NCBI RefSeq assembly: GCF_004010195.1
Contig: NC_057752.1
Location: 11,178,211 to 11,215,903 of the forward strand
DNA: 37,693 nt
From: Chiloscyllium plagiosum
Lineage: Eukaryota
Direction: 5' to 3'
A program made the position numbers and the translations under genes. How positions within the stretch are numbered: the stretch's first letter is position 1; each line of letters begins with the position of its first letter. Shown here in pieces: positions 1 to 11,299 of the stretch. A model generated the notes under the pieces. The model made no database searches. It saw only the letters and a list, made by a program, of their open reading frames with translations, and was not told the origin of the DNA.

Positions 1-55
1 GTCCTCTGGTCCGGCACTCACCCATCAGCAGAAACATGTTTCCTGCCTCCAGAGT

Positions 56-373
56 GGGCGGCATGGTGGCACAGTGGTTAGCACTGCTGCCTCACAGCGC
101 CAGAGACCCAGGTTCATTTCCCGCCTCAGGCGACTGACTGTGTGGAGTTTGCACATTCTCCCCGTGTCTGCGTGGGTTTCCTCCGGGTGCTCCGGTTTCC
201 TCCCACAGTCCAAAAATGTGCAGGTTAGGTGAATTGGCCATGCTAAATTGCCCGTAGTGTTAGGTGAGGGGGTAAATGTAGGGGAATGGGTCTGGGTGGG
301 TTGCACTTCGGCGGGTCGGTGTGGACTTGTTGGGCCGAAGGGCCTGTTTCCACACTAAGTAATCTAATCTAAT
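56..373 (+). mobile_element. HE1-type tRNA-derived SINE (elasmobranch V-SINE), full length
   Basis: Head with A box TGGCACAGTGG and B-box-like GGTTCATTTCC. Central GTGTGGAGTTTGCACATTCTCCCCGTGTCTGCGTGGGTTTCCTCCGG core. LINE-derived tail GGGCCGAAGGGCCTGTTTCCACACT ending in (TAATC)n. Nearly identical to 28826-29136. Confidence 0.9.
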
Positions 374-789
374 GAGATGTTTAGTAGACCTTCGGCTCAT
401 TTTCAACTCCTCTAATTTATGCTATAACACCAATAGCACCCAATTAAGTTGTCACTTAAAGGCACCAGAGACAACAGGAACAAGCAGAGAGTTTATTTTC
501 TTGTTTCATTGAGAAAGTGGCACTTCAGCTTCTCGGTCAATGGAAACATGACAACTGATCAATATATTCACAGTCTGATGGGAATGTGACTCTTGGCTGA
601 TTCTTCCTTGTTCAATCAGGGATGGGAGGCAAATAGCAGTCCAGTGAATGACATAATATTCTTAGGTACAGTCTCTGCTGTACTGAACACAATTCTATGT
701 GGCTCTAAAAATGAAAAATATCAATTTCCATGTCTTTGGCTAATTCACCGCATGTGGCAAGCAGAGAGTGTATTGAATAGCAGATTGGA

Positions 790-1100
790 AAAGGGGTAGG
801 CCATTTAGCTTGTTGGGTCTGCTCCACTATTTAATATGATCATGGCTGATTAAACACAACAGTATCTTTTACCCATACTATCTTCATAGTACGTTATGCT
901 ACTTGCAAACAGAATAGATTGATTGCTACTCTAAATACATTCAAAGACTGCACTTCCTCAGCCCTCTGGGGTAAAGAATTCCAAAGATTCATAACTGCCT
1001 GAGTAAAAAACATTTTCTTCGTCTAAGTCTGAAATAACATCCCTTTATTTTTAAATTGTTCTCTCTGTTTCTAGATTCCCCAACCAGGGAAATATCTTGC
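790..1100 (-). mobile_element. Old CR1 LINE 3' end fragment
   Basis: CTCTGGGGTAAAGAATTCCAAAGATTCATAAC is the reverse complement of the CR1 ORF2 C-terminal V-N-L-W-N-S-L-P motif; heavily decayed. Confidence 0.6.
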
Positions 1101-1104
1101 CTCC

Positions 1105-1305
1105 TTTCATTCATGGGATGAGGGCATCACTGGCTGCCCATCCCTATTTGCACAGAGGGTAGTTAGCAGTCAACTACATTGCTGTGGGTCTGGATCACAT
1201 GAAAGCCAGACCAGATATGGATGGCAGATTTCCTTCCCTGAAGGACATTGGTGAACCAGATGGGTTTTTCCGACAATCTATAGTAGTTCCATGGTCGTCA
1301 GTAGA
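1105..1305 (-). mobile_element. SINE fragment, probably DeuSINE/SacSINE1-like
   Basis: Reverse complement shares CTGGTCTGG...CATGTGA...CCAGACCCACAGCAATGT with 3690-4005, plus the tail GGGATGGGCA...CATCCCATGAATGAA. Family name from recollection. Confidence 0.55.
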
Positions 1306-1320
1306 TTATAGAATCATAAA

Positions 1321-1670
1321 GTCATAGAGATGTACAGCATGGAAACAGACCCTTCGGTCCAACCCGTTGCCGACCAGATATTCCAACCCAATCTAGTCCC
1401 ACCTGCCAGCACCCGGCCCATATCCCTCCAAACCCTTCCCATTCATATACCCATCCAGATGCCTCTTAAATGTTGCAATTGTACCAGCCTCCACCACTTC
1501 CTCTGACAGCTCATTCCATACACGTACCACCCTCTGTGTGAAAAAGTTGCCCCTTAGGTCTCTTTTATATCTTTCCCCTCTCACCCTGAAGTTATGCCCT
1601 CTAGTTCTGGACTCCCTGACCCCAGGGAAAAGACTTTGTCTATTTACCCTATCCATGCCCCTCATGATTT
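1321..1670 (-). mobile_element. CR1 (HER1-like) LINE 3' end, 5'-truncated
   Basis: ORF 1393-1665 (MRGMDRVNRQSLFP...RGHNFRVRGERYKRDLRGNFFTQRVVRVWNEL) is a CR1 ORF2 C-terminus; (CTATGA)-type tail. Confidence 0.92.
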
Positions 1671-3689
1671 TTGTAATGGTCCTGGCTCAATAAGCCAATG
1701 GCAGCCTCCAATGCCAGTCCAGGGCTTTGGGAACAGTCAATCAGTCATTCTGGGTGGGCAGAGTCAGGATGTTCTCTGTCACAACAAAGGTCATTGACTG
1801 ACTTCCTACATTGCTGTGTATTCCTTCAGATGGCTGAGGGTGCTTTAACATGGATAGCAACCCCAGAGCAAGCTGGTATGGTCTAGTGTCATGGCATCCA
1901 TCGCTGGTCTTGGGGAAAAGAGCAAGTCCCAGCTCTACAGCACCCCATCCCGCAGGACCTCCACATCCTTGCCCGCAAAGTGGGGTGACGATCTCTCCTA
2001 CCCTGCTATACCTGGGGCTCTGGACTGATGGTGTTCTTCCAGTAGGCTTTTAAAGCTGGTGCAGAAATCAGGGGTGCCGGTGAATTCCAGGAGCTGCTGA
2101 GTGAAAAGTTGAACATCACACGATAAGCTTTGGATTTGGACATGAGAGACGCCAAAGGGGCAAGGTAGGCAGCTGATAAGGCAATTTTAGTAAGATAGGG
2201 AGAGAAAACCTACTAGGCCTCATAGCAGAAATCCCTCCAAAAAACTCAATACAACCTGGACTTAATCAAAAAGACGCAAAGTAATCATTTCGCGTCTTTG
2301 CCGTTTCTCTGTTCCACACTATAAATTCACCTGACTCGGCTTTTAATAGCACCACATGTATCTTCGCCATCCATTTCCTTTTTACATACCTCTAAAAACT
2401 TCTACAGTCCATTTTTGTTTCTTGAGAAATTGCATTTGTATTGTATTCTTCCTTTCCTTAGTCCTCCTTTGCTGTAATCTAAAAACTTCCCAGTTTCTGA
2501 TTTGTTGGTATTTATGACTACCTTCTAAGCCTTTTCTTTTAATCTTACGCAATCTTTAATTGCCTTTATCAGTCACAGTTGCCTGACCTGTTTTTTGAGG
2601 TTTACAGCTGGACAGAATGTATAGTTGTTCTAAGTCATTTTCTATAAAAGCTATCCATTACCTATGCATAATCATGCCTTTATGTTTTTTCCCATTCCAG
2701 CTCAGCTAACATGAGCCTCATGCTTTCACAATTACCCTTATTCAAACTTCACACCCTTGTTTCAGATTGAGCTCCCTCACTTTCAAACAGACTGTAAAAT
2801 TCGGACAGATTGTGGTCACTGGGTTAGAGAACTGAACATATAAAGGTAAAGCAGGTATTGCAGCATTATCCATTAAAATGACGTAGGTGTTACTCATGGA
2901 AAGAGCACCAGCCACCACTGCTGTTGATAATGAGGTTGAGGGTTTTGAATTCATTGCATTATAGGCTATATTTTTCAAACCAATCTGGTTACATTCCACA
3001 AGTTTAGTTTCCATAGTCCAAGCAACGGAGCTCTACAGTTGTGTAAGTAATTTATCATCCATGTCTATGGTTATTCATGTAGGCATCAAAGCCATTCAAA
3101 ATCAGTTATTCGCCAGCTCTTTTGCATAAATGTTTAGCAAACGTAATATTAAAGACTTTTGTTGAGAGCATACTCCAGATATCTACTAATCACATTTCTG
3201 AATGTCTGATCTGGTATCCTGAAGTGATGGTTTCAACAGATAATTAGATTCCACATTATCTGTGCTGTTCAACTTTGGGCAAGTTTGCAGTATATTAATT
3301 CCTATTCAATCTATAATGAAATCAAATACTTGCCTCAACCAGAAGCAATAGAAAATCATAGCTGCATTGTTTTTTTTAAAAATCATGGAATCTGCAGGAA
3401 TTACAATGCTGTGCGAAAACTGTCCTGCTCTGCTGTCTGACCCATTACCTCTACTTCTAGTACTTACTTGATGTTATTACAGCTGCTATTACTGGAGTTT
3501 GAATGCTGCTATCAAGCAGGAGTTTCTGATCTCCCAGTATGCAACTCTGTTCAGTTGCACAGCCCAGTCAATAGCATCAGCTTGGAGCAGGGAGTAAAGA
3601 TTTGTGGAAAGATTCATGCAGTGAATTGGACAAGATAAGTAAATGTGGGGGTGAAAGCAGAGTAACTACATAAGCAGTGAGGCAAGATG

Positions 3690-4005
3690 GTGGTAATGTT
3701 TATAAAAGTCCAGGCTAAGGCTCTGAAGACATGGCTTCAAATCCCACCATGATTAAATCTGGAATGTGAAGCTACTTTCAGTGATGAGTGTAGTGAACCT
3801 AGATGGGTTTTAATGTTCTTTTGAGCAGGGAATCTATCATTCTCACCTGGTCTGGTCTCCATGTGACTCCAAACCCACAGCAATGTGGTTGACTTTTATG
3901 CATATTCTGAAGTGGTCCAGCAAGTCCCTGGGTTCAAGAGAAATTATGGATGGGCAACAGATGCTGGATTTTCCAACAATGTCGTCGTGGCACAAAAGAA
4001 AAAAA
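3690..4005 (+). mobile_element. Decayed tRNA-derived SINE, probably DeuSINE/SacSINE1-like
   Basis: B-box-like GCTTCAAATCCC; core CTGGTCTGGTCTCCATGTGACTCCAAACCCACAGCAATGTGGTTGACT; tail GGATGGGCAACAGATGCTGG then an A-run. Confidence 0.55.
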
Positions 4006-4330
4006 AACCATAAGACAGGGGGGCAGAAGGAGGCTATTCATCCCACTGAGTCTGCTCTGTCACTCAATGAGATTGTGGCTGATTTGGTAATCCTCAATTC
4101 CAATTTCCTTCCTTTTGGCTGCATGGACAGAATCAAAAGATGCTTTTCCAAATGTGGGGAAGGGGAGGTGAGCGGTGGCATTATTTGGGACATGGAGAGA
4201 AAGCTGTCAGTTGAACTGGCACAAATTGAGGAGAAGGGATTAGAGTCCTCACCCAATGTAGGAGAGGAGGATAAAGGAAAAGAATGAGCATTTAGAAAGA
4301 TAAAGAACAGTGACTGTCGTGAAGAATGTT

Positions 4331-4443
4331 AAAAATCTCACAACACCAGGTTATGCTTCCAAATAAACCTGTTGGACTATAACCTGGTGTTGTGTGATTT
4401 TTAACTTTGTACACTCCAGTCCAACACCGGCGTCTCCAAATCA
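4331..4443 (+). mobile_element. Mini Penelope-like terminal fragment (family B) with inverted end
   Basis: GTTAAAAATCTCACAACACCAGGTTA is inverted relative to TAACCTGGTGTTGTGTGATTTTTAAC. Flanked by 11-bp direct repeat TGAAGAATGTT (4320-4330, 4444-4454). Same sequence as the ends of 23850-24562 and 34455-35268. Confidence 0.75.
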
Positions 4444-5317
4444 TGAAGAATGTTGGTCTGTGCTGTGATGGAATCCATGGTTTCAAAGCTTGTCTTATTT
4501 GAGTTGTGCCCTAGTTCAGAAACTTAGAATTGTAAGTTGAAATTAGGGGGACCCAAACACTTAAGGTTTCCAGGAAAGTTAAAGCTAAACCAAAAGCTGA
4601 AACGTCAGGTTTCCAGGGAAGCCGACACTGGGCAAAACCTGATAAAAAGGCTTATAACAATTGAAATTCAGATCTTGTAGTGTAGTATAGACAGTTGGGG
4701 AGAAAAAGGGTGAACATGAAGGTTGGCTCTGGTAGTGGAGGTAAAATGGGTGAAAAAGGGCTACTGCCACTGCTTTGGTATTTTAAAGGAACCAATTGAT
4801 CAGCACAGGCTATACGGTGAATAAGTTGTTACTGAGGATTCTCGTGAAGCACACCATCAAGACTGTTGTGAGCAAAGCTGAGGAGGACTAACTAGCTTCC
4901 TTCTGTTCCTATGGTGAGCTGGGAGGGAAGTGGAGATGGAGCATCAATAATAGCCTCCATCATAAGGACAGAAGTGGGAGTGTTTGCTGATGATTGTGCA
5001 ATGTTCACCATTCACAACTCCTCAGGTATTGAAGCAGCCCACGTCCAAATATTGTCCACGACCTGGACAATAACCAGGTCTTTGCTGATGAGTGGCACAT
5101 TACATTTGCACAATACACATGCCAGACAAGTCTCCAAAAAGAATGAATCCAATCATTGCTCTTTGTCATTCAATTATGTTATTGTGGACCAGACCAGTCC
5201 CCCTCAAAATATTTTCAGAAGGTAGCCGAGATCCTCACTTCTTATTTTAAAGGCAAATATAAAGTTCTGTGTTCCAGATGCAATTCGACTGGTCAAACTG
5301 TTCGGCGTTAAGCAAAA

Positions 5318-5590
5318 GTTGATAAGTGTGGAGCTGGGAAAGCACAGCAGGTCAGACAGCATCCGAGGAGCAGGCAAAACGATCTTTTAGGCATAAGCCC
5401 AATCGCTACCTCACCCCCACCCTCCTATTTATCTCTCAACCCCCTCCCCTGCTATTGCTGATGAAGAGCTTTTGCCCGAAACGTTGACTCTCCTGCTCCT
5501 CGGATGCTGCCTAACTTGCTGTGCTTTTCCAGCACCACACGTTTTGATTCTGACCTCTAGCATCTGCAGTCCTCACTTTTTCTCCCAGGT
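5318..5590 (+). mobile_element. Non-autonomous Penelope-like terminal fragment (family A) with inverted partial copy
   Basis: Direct repeat GTTAAGCAAAA at 5307-5317 and 5591-5601. 5325-5400 is an inverted copy of roughly 5465-5540. Contains CTGATGA...GAAAC. Confidence 0.8.
5454..5489 (+). ncRNA. Minimal hammerhead ribozyme motif, partly decayed
   Basis: CTGATGA (5458-5464), extra A, GAGC-TTTT-GCCC (one mismatch), GAAA, CGTT. Confidence 0.55.
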
Positions 5591-7137
5591 GTTAAGCAAA
5601 ACACAATTTATTCAAACACTGCAGTTAAAATACAATGAAAGAAAGAAGAACTTAGATTAACTTACCTCTATTGGAAAACTTAACAGAATAATAGATGTAG
5701 TAGTTATTACTAATTCACTGTTCTAATAGTAACATCCCATAAATACAGCCCTTGGCAATAAGGCAAATTCAGAAATCAGATTTTCTCACATGCAACACCC
5801 ACAGAGAAACCCCAGCTTCTAGCTGGAACCAAGAGAGGGGGAAAATTAGCTTCTATCTAAAGGTAATCCTAAGAAACTTAAAAAAAAGACTAGAAATCCT
5901 GGTCTGTAAGAGCTGCCCACAGGCTGCTTCTGTTGTTCCAACTTAAAAAAAAAACCTTAAGGCTTCATAAGCTGTTTACATTACCACAGACTGCTCATTA
6001 CCTCTTGTTCAATCTCCCTCTTAAAACAAACCAGGACAAAATACACCTCTTAAAGCCACAGTATCATCACAGTTACCATCACTTAATCCCCCACACCAAC
6101 ATCCTGGGATTGTCATTGAACATAAGCTGGACTGGACTAGCCATATAAATACTATGCCTACGAGAATAGGTCAGAGACAAGCAAATCTAACACCCTAGTA
6201 ACCTGCACTCCTGACTCCCTAAAGCCTGTGCACTGTCCGAGTGTGATGGAATACTCCCCACAGCTCCAACAACACTTGAGAAGCTTGACACCATCCAGGA
6301 AAAAGCAGCCTGGTTTTTCCACACCACATTTATCACTTTCAAGATGCACTTCTTCCACTGCCAATGCACCGTGTCAGCATTGTCTACCACCTACAGGGCA
6401 CACCACAGCAACTTACCCGGGCTTCTTCGATAGCACCTTCCAAGTCCACAATCTCCGCTGCCTTAATCAACAAGGGCAGCAAACACATGGGAACATGACC
6501 TGAAAGTTCCCCTCCAATCTGCACGCTATCCTGACTTGGAGCTATATTGTTGTTCTTTCACTGTCATTGAGTCAAAATCCTGGACCTCCCTCTATATTAG
6601 CACAATTGGTGTGCTGCAGCAGTTCAAGAAAGCTCATCTAAAGGGCAATTGGGGATGGGCAATAATATTTCCCCAGCCAGCAACATCTGCATCCTGTGGA
6701 TGAATTAATAAAAATGTGATCTGTCAGCAAGAGTAAAAGCTGGGTGAAGGTGGGGACAGAACCATGGCATGCAATGTTTGCAGAAATAAGTGAGGGAAGA
6801 AACCCATAGCCTTCAGTTTTTGATTGGTCCTGCTCCTAACTTATCAAGTTCTAAAGTTGATCTTACTTCACTTCTCTGACCTTTCTTGAAAGTCTAAGTG
6901 ATAGGATTGGCTTTAATTCGAATCCTCCCATCGTTTTCGTAGATTGTCAATGTTTACATACAAAATGTCCAACTTGTGCATAAAAGTTGGCTGTGTTAGC
7001 AAAGTGTGGGGGTTTGTGGGAGAGTTACCTCAGTCCATTGAACCTCACTTTAGCATGACTCAGTAACTTTCATATATGCTTCCATAACAACAGCGACCAC
7101 ACTTTTAAGTGAGTAAAGTACTGTAAACCTGCATATC

Positions 7138-8215
7138 GTAGAGTTTTGCAGTACCAAAGGAAGCCATTCGACACATCGTTTCTGTACTAGCTCCCGAAAG
7201 AGCTACCCAGCTCGTCCTGCTCTCCAGCCCTATCGCCATAGCCCTCTAACTTCACCCCTTTCAAATATACATCCAACTCTCTTTAGAAATCTCCTATGGA
7301 ATTCACCTCCACCACTCTCCCAGGCAGCGCATTCCAAATCCTAACACCCCTCTGAGTAAAGAAATTTCTCCTTATCTCACTCCCAGCTCTCTCGCTGACA
7401 ATCTTGAAACTGTGATTCCCTAGTGACTGGCATACTAACTAGTGGAAATAGAATATCCTCTGTTCCCTGTCAAAACTGTTCCTAATTTTAAACACCTCAA
7501 TAAGGTTACCTGTTGATCTTCTCTACTCCAAGGAGAACAGGTCCATTTTCTCTGATCTTTCCTTGTATCTAGAATCCCTCATTCCTGGTAATCTAGTAAA
7601 TCTCCTTTGAACTCTCTCCAAGGCTTCAACATCCTTCCTTTAAATAAGGTGCCCAGAACTGAACACAATCCTCCAAATGTGGGCTGACCAATGATTTGTA
7701 GAGCTGTAGCATCACTTCCTTGCTTTTACACTCTATCCCTCTATTTATACACCCAAAGATCCTATTAGCCTTCTTAATATCTGTTTCAATTTGCCTGATG
7801 AGGTCCCTCTGCTCCTGTACTCTCTTCAAAGTTGTACCATTTGAGTCTGTATTGTCTCTGTTTCCTCTGCCAAAATGCATTGCCTCACATTTGTGTCCAT
7901 TTGGCCAACTTGTCAATATCTCTCTAAAGTTGCTCAGGGCCATCTTCACAATTCAGTATTCTCCCTAGTTCAGTATCATCTGCAAATTTAGAGACTTCCC
8001 CTCAACACTCATCTCCAAGTCATCTATGTAAAGCAGAAAAAGCAAGGCTCCCAACACCGATCTTTGGGTAACACTACTTTCAATTTGTCTCCAATCTGAG
8101 AAATGTCAATCTATACCTACCTTCTGTTTCTGATCCTTTAGCCAACTTCTGATCCATGCTGCCAAAGATCCATCAATCCCAAACATTTCTAATTTCCTAA
8201 CCTACCTGCCACAAA
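7138..8215 (-). mobile_element. Older CR1 LINE, 3' ~1.1 kb
   Basis: ORF 7626-7949 (KKANRIFGCINRGIECKSKEVMLQLYKSLVSPHLEDCVQFWAP). FADD motif (reverse complement of TCATCTGCAAA) near 7980. Confidence 0.85.
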
Positions 8216-8530
8216 AATTCTTTCACTTTCGGAGTGGAATAAAGTTGTTTTATTGAAACATCAGAGAGAAACCAAGTTTGGGTCCAGCAGCCAGTACAGA
8301 TGTTACATGAGGAGACATTTATTGATTAGTGAACTTGGAGCCTTTATTGGGGCTATTTATGTTAAAACTGATAATTAGGAGTTCTCTAGATGTTTAACAG
8401 ACAACAATGCTATCTATTATAAACTAATATGTACAGATCATGAGGTTTCCAGTTTAATTTCTAGTCTATATGTTCAGTCATTTGGTCCCCAGTGGTTATG
8501 GGTGCTGTAATCAAAGAAAAGCTCTGTTTG

Positions 8531-8903
8531 CTGAGGGGTGACCTCATAGAGGTTTATGAAATCATGAGGGGCATGGATAGGATAAATAGACAAAGTCTTT
8601 TCCCTGGGGTGGGTGAGTCCAGAACCAGAGGGCAGAGGTTTAGGGTGAGAGGGGAAAGATATAAAAGGGACCTAAGGGGCAACGTTTTCACGCAGAGGGT
8701 GGTGCATGTTTGGAATGAGCTGCCAGAGGATGTGGTGGAGGCTGGTACAATTGCAACATTTAAAAGGCATATGAATAGGAAGGGTTTGGAGGGATATGGA
8801 CTGGGTGCTGGCAAATGGGACTAGATTAGGTTAGGATATCTGGTCGGCATGGATGAGTTGGACCGAAGGGTCTGTTTCCGTGCTGTACACCTCTATGACT
8901 CTA
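8531..8903 (+). mobile_element. CR1 (HER1-like) LINE 3' end
   Basis: LRGDLIEVYEIMRGMDR...FTQRVVHVWNELP; tail CTCTATGACTCTA. Confidence 0.92.
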
Positions 8904-9289
8904 CTCATAACTGCGTAATTTTGCTACAAAATCACTTCTAAGAGATTGTAGAGAACATAATTTAAAATTAATGTTGCTGTAGAGTTCCAATTAGGATCAT
9001 TTAGATGAAATAAGACTTTCATGACTAATATGCATGTAGAAATTATGATTAATTGGTATAACTCAGTAAGATGTTGTTACTTTTCAGCAGATCAAATAAT
9101 CATCCAAGTATCATTCAAGCTATGATTTTTAATCATGCATAAGGTACTTACGCAGAATTTTATTTTGATGTACTAATTAGGCCTGATTAAGAGCACTGAT
9201 TGAAGAACAATTCCAGACTCGTGAGATTACATATTTATAACAAGGCAAACCTTTCCCCATTCTAATGGCCCAATGCTCGAAGAATATAT

Positions 9290-9612
9290 GACATGCGAAC
9301 AGGCATAGTTATGGCCCTTCAAGACTACTTTGCCATTCAGTGTGATGATGGCAGATCTTCTTCTTCAATTCTACTTTCCCACTCGCTCCCCAAAATGCTG
9401 GATTCCCAGAGAAATGAAATGTTTGTCTATCTGTGCCTTAAATATGTAAATTGATGGCATGCATAACTGTCTGGGCTAGAGAATTCCAAAGATTCACCAC
9501 ACTTCAAGTGACCACACCTCAGTCCGAAAATATGGTCCCCTTATCCTGAGGTTGTGCTCCCATGTTCTATATTTCTCAGCCAGGGAGAAACATTCTTAGT
9601 GTCTACTGTATC
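9290..9612 (-). mobile_element. Old CR1 3' end fragment
   Basis: CTGGGCTAGAGAATTCCAAAGATTCACCAC motif; similar to 790-1100. Confidence 0.55.
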
Positions 9613-9615
9613 AAT

Positions 9616-9961
9616 GGGCTCAGTGGTTAGCACTGCTGCCTCACAGCACCAGGAACCTGGGTTTGATTCCAGCCTCGGGTTACTGTCTGTGTGGAGTTTG
9701 CACATTCTCCCTGTGTCGGCATGGGTTTCCTCGGGTGCTCCGATTTCCTTCCACAGTCCAAAGATGGGAATGTTAGGTGGATTAGCCATGCTAAATTGTC
9801 CCATTGTGTACTGGGATATGTAGGCTATGTGGATTAGCCATGAAATATGCAGGGTTAAAGAGATGGGGTGGGGGGGTTTGAGTGGCATGCTATTCAGAGG
9901 GTCGGTGTGGATTCGATGGGCTGAATAGCCTGCTTCCATACTGTAGGGATTCTATGATTCT
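9616..9961 (+). mobile_element. HE1-type SINE (variant subfamily)
   Basis: GGCTCAGTGGTTAGCACTGCTGCCTCACAGC head, HE1 core, tail CTGTAGGGATTCTATGATTC. Confidence 0.85.
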
Positions 9962-9994
9962 TTTAAGCTTCAAAGTCCAATTTAGTCAAACTCT

Positions 9995-10407
9995 TATAGG
10001 ACAACCCTATTTATACATAATGTACATAAATGATACAAATATATGTGTAAATGATATAAGTGATGTAGCTGAACATGTGAGGGGATTGTAAGTAAATTTG
10101 CAGACAACATTAAGATTCGTAGAGTGGTTGATCGAGAAGAAGATGATTATAGGTTACAGGAAGATACAGATAGGTTGGTCAGGTGGGCAGAGCAGTGGTA
10201 GATGAATAACCTGAATAAGTGCAAGGTGATGCACCTTGGAAGGAGAAACCAGATGAGGGAGTATTTAATGAATGACAGGGCACTGGTGGCTTAGAGGAAC
10301 AGAAGGATCTTGAGGTAATTCTTCACAGATCCCTGAAGTCCGCCAACCTTAAAAATAGGATAGTCAAGAAGACTGCTTTCATCAGTCATGGCATAACGTA
10401 TAAGAGG
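9995..10407 (+). mobile_element. Decayed CR1 RT fragment
   Basis: GTAAGTAAATTTGCAGACAAC (SKFAD), TGGGCAGAGCAGTGG and AAGTGCAAGGTGATGCAC (KCKVMH) motifs. Confidence 0.7.
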
Positions 10408-10891
10408 AAGGAGGCATCCATTAGAGATGCCAAGAGGCAGTACCAGACCAAGTTAGAGGCCCAAACTGACCATACAGACACCCGTCGCCTGTGGCAGGGC
10501 CTAAACAACATAACGGGATACAAAATGAAGCAGTGCAAGATAGCAGACAAAGACACATCCCACCTTGATGCGCTCAATGCTTTCTATGCTCTGTTTGAGC
10601 AGAATGCCGAATGGCATGGTGTCACCTGTCCCGACAGCCCCGGATGTACCTGTTCCCTCTGTCACCTCTTCAGACATCAGATCAATCTTCCCGAGAGTAA
10701 ACCTGAGGAAAGCGACTGGCCCGAACGGAGTCCCTAGTTGTGCACTCAGATCCTGTGTGGACCAACTCGCGGGAGTATTTGCTGACATCTTCAACCTTTC
10801 CTTGCTCCAATCTGAAGTCCCCATCAGTTTCAGGGAGACCACCATCATCCCAGTACCAAGGAAAACGCATGCAACATGCCTCGATGACTAC
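10408..10891 (+). mobile_element. Rex1/Babar-clade LINE internal fragment (region N-terminal to the RT core)
   Basis: IRDAKRQYQTKLE...RRLWQGLNNITGYK, LDALNAFYALFE and RKATGPNGVP...LAGVFADIFNLSL...TTIIPVPRK...CLDDY; frameshifted. Confidence 0.8.
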
Positions 10892-11299
10892 ATTTGCATG
10901 GAAGGGATCAGAGGAGTCTGGGAGCTCGGAGGTCTGACTCTGTCTGGTGGAGTCCCGGTTGCCAGTGAACCCAGCCATAGCTCACAGTGGTTGGGGCTTC
11001 TATGAAGTCTGTTTCAATATTGGTTATGGTAGCCCTCCCAGGACCAGGTCTCGGGGTGGGGGTTGAGGTGATGTCACATCTAGAATAAATCCAGAGAGGT
11101 GGCTTGGGCCTGAGGGGTCCAGGTAGACCCAAGAGAGAAAGCAGGTGGGAGAAGGTGGGGAAGACCTGAAAAGGTGGAGGTGCTGAACAAACCAGATTGC
11201 TCATGTGTCCCACTCTCATCAGAACCAACCCCTGAAGACCCTCTATCAAAGTGTTCTTGATTTTGTTTCCCACAGGGACAGTCACCCTGGACCTGTGAG

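Larger units (their letters stand above)
5183..6071. mobile_element. Probable solo LTR
   Basis: Begins TGTG and ends CACA. Flanked by GTTAT (5178-5182) and GTTAC (6072-6076). Cleanly splits the LINE; non-coding. Confidence 0.65.
4950..6715 (+). mobile_element. Decayed CR1/L2-group LINE 3' part, interrupted by a solo LTR at 5183-6071
   Basis: RT motif GVFADDCAMF in ORF 4911-5225. Downstream PSVMEYSP and LEKLDTIQEKAA segments. 3' tail AAGGGCAATTGGGGATGGGCAATAA...AATAAAA. Confidence 0.7.

Noticed and set aside
56..130. tRNA genes at SINE heads
   Set aside because: A and B boxes are present but continue into the HE1 core and LINE tail, with no full cloverleaf.
370..378. TAATGAGAT (TAATGARAT) and scattered ATTTGCAT octamers as POU autoregulatory sites
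   Set aside because: The first is formed by a SINE tail junction, and a few such short motifs are expected by chance in 38 kb of AT-rich DNA.
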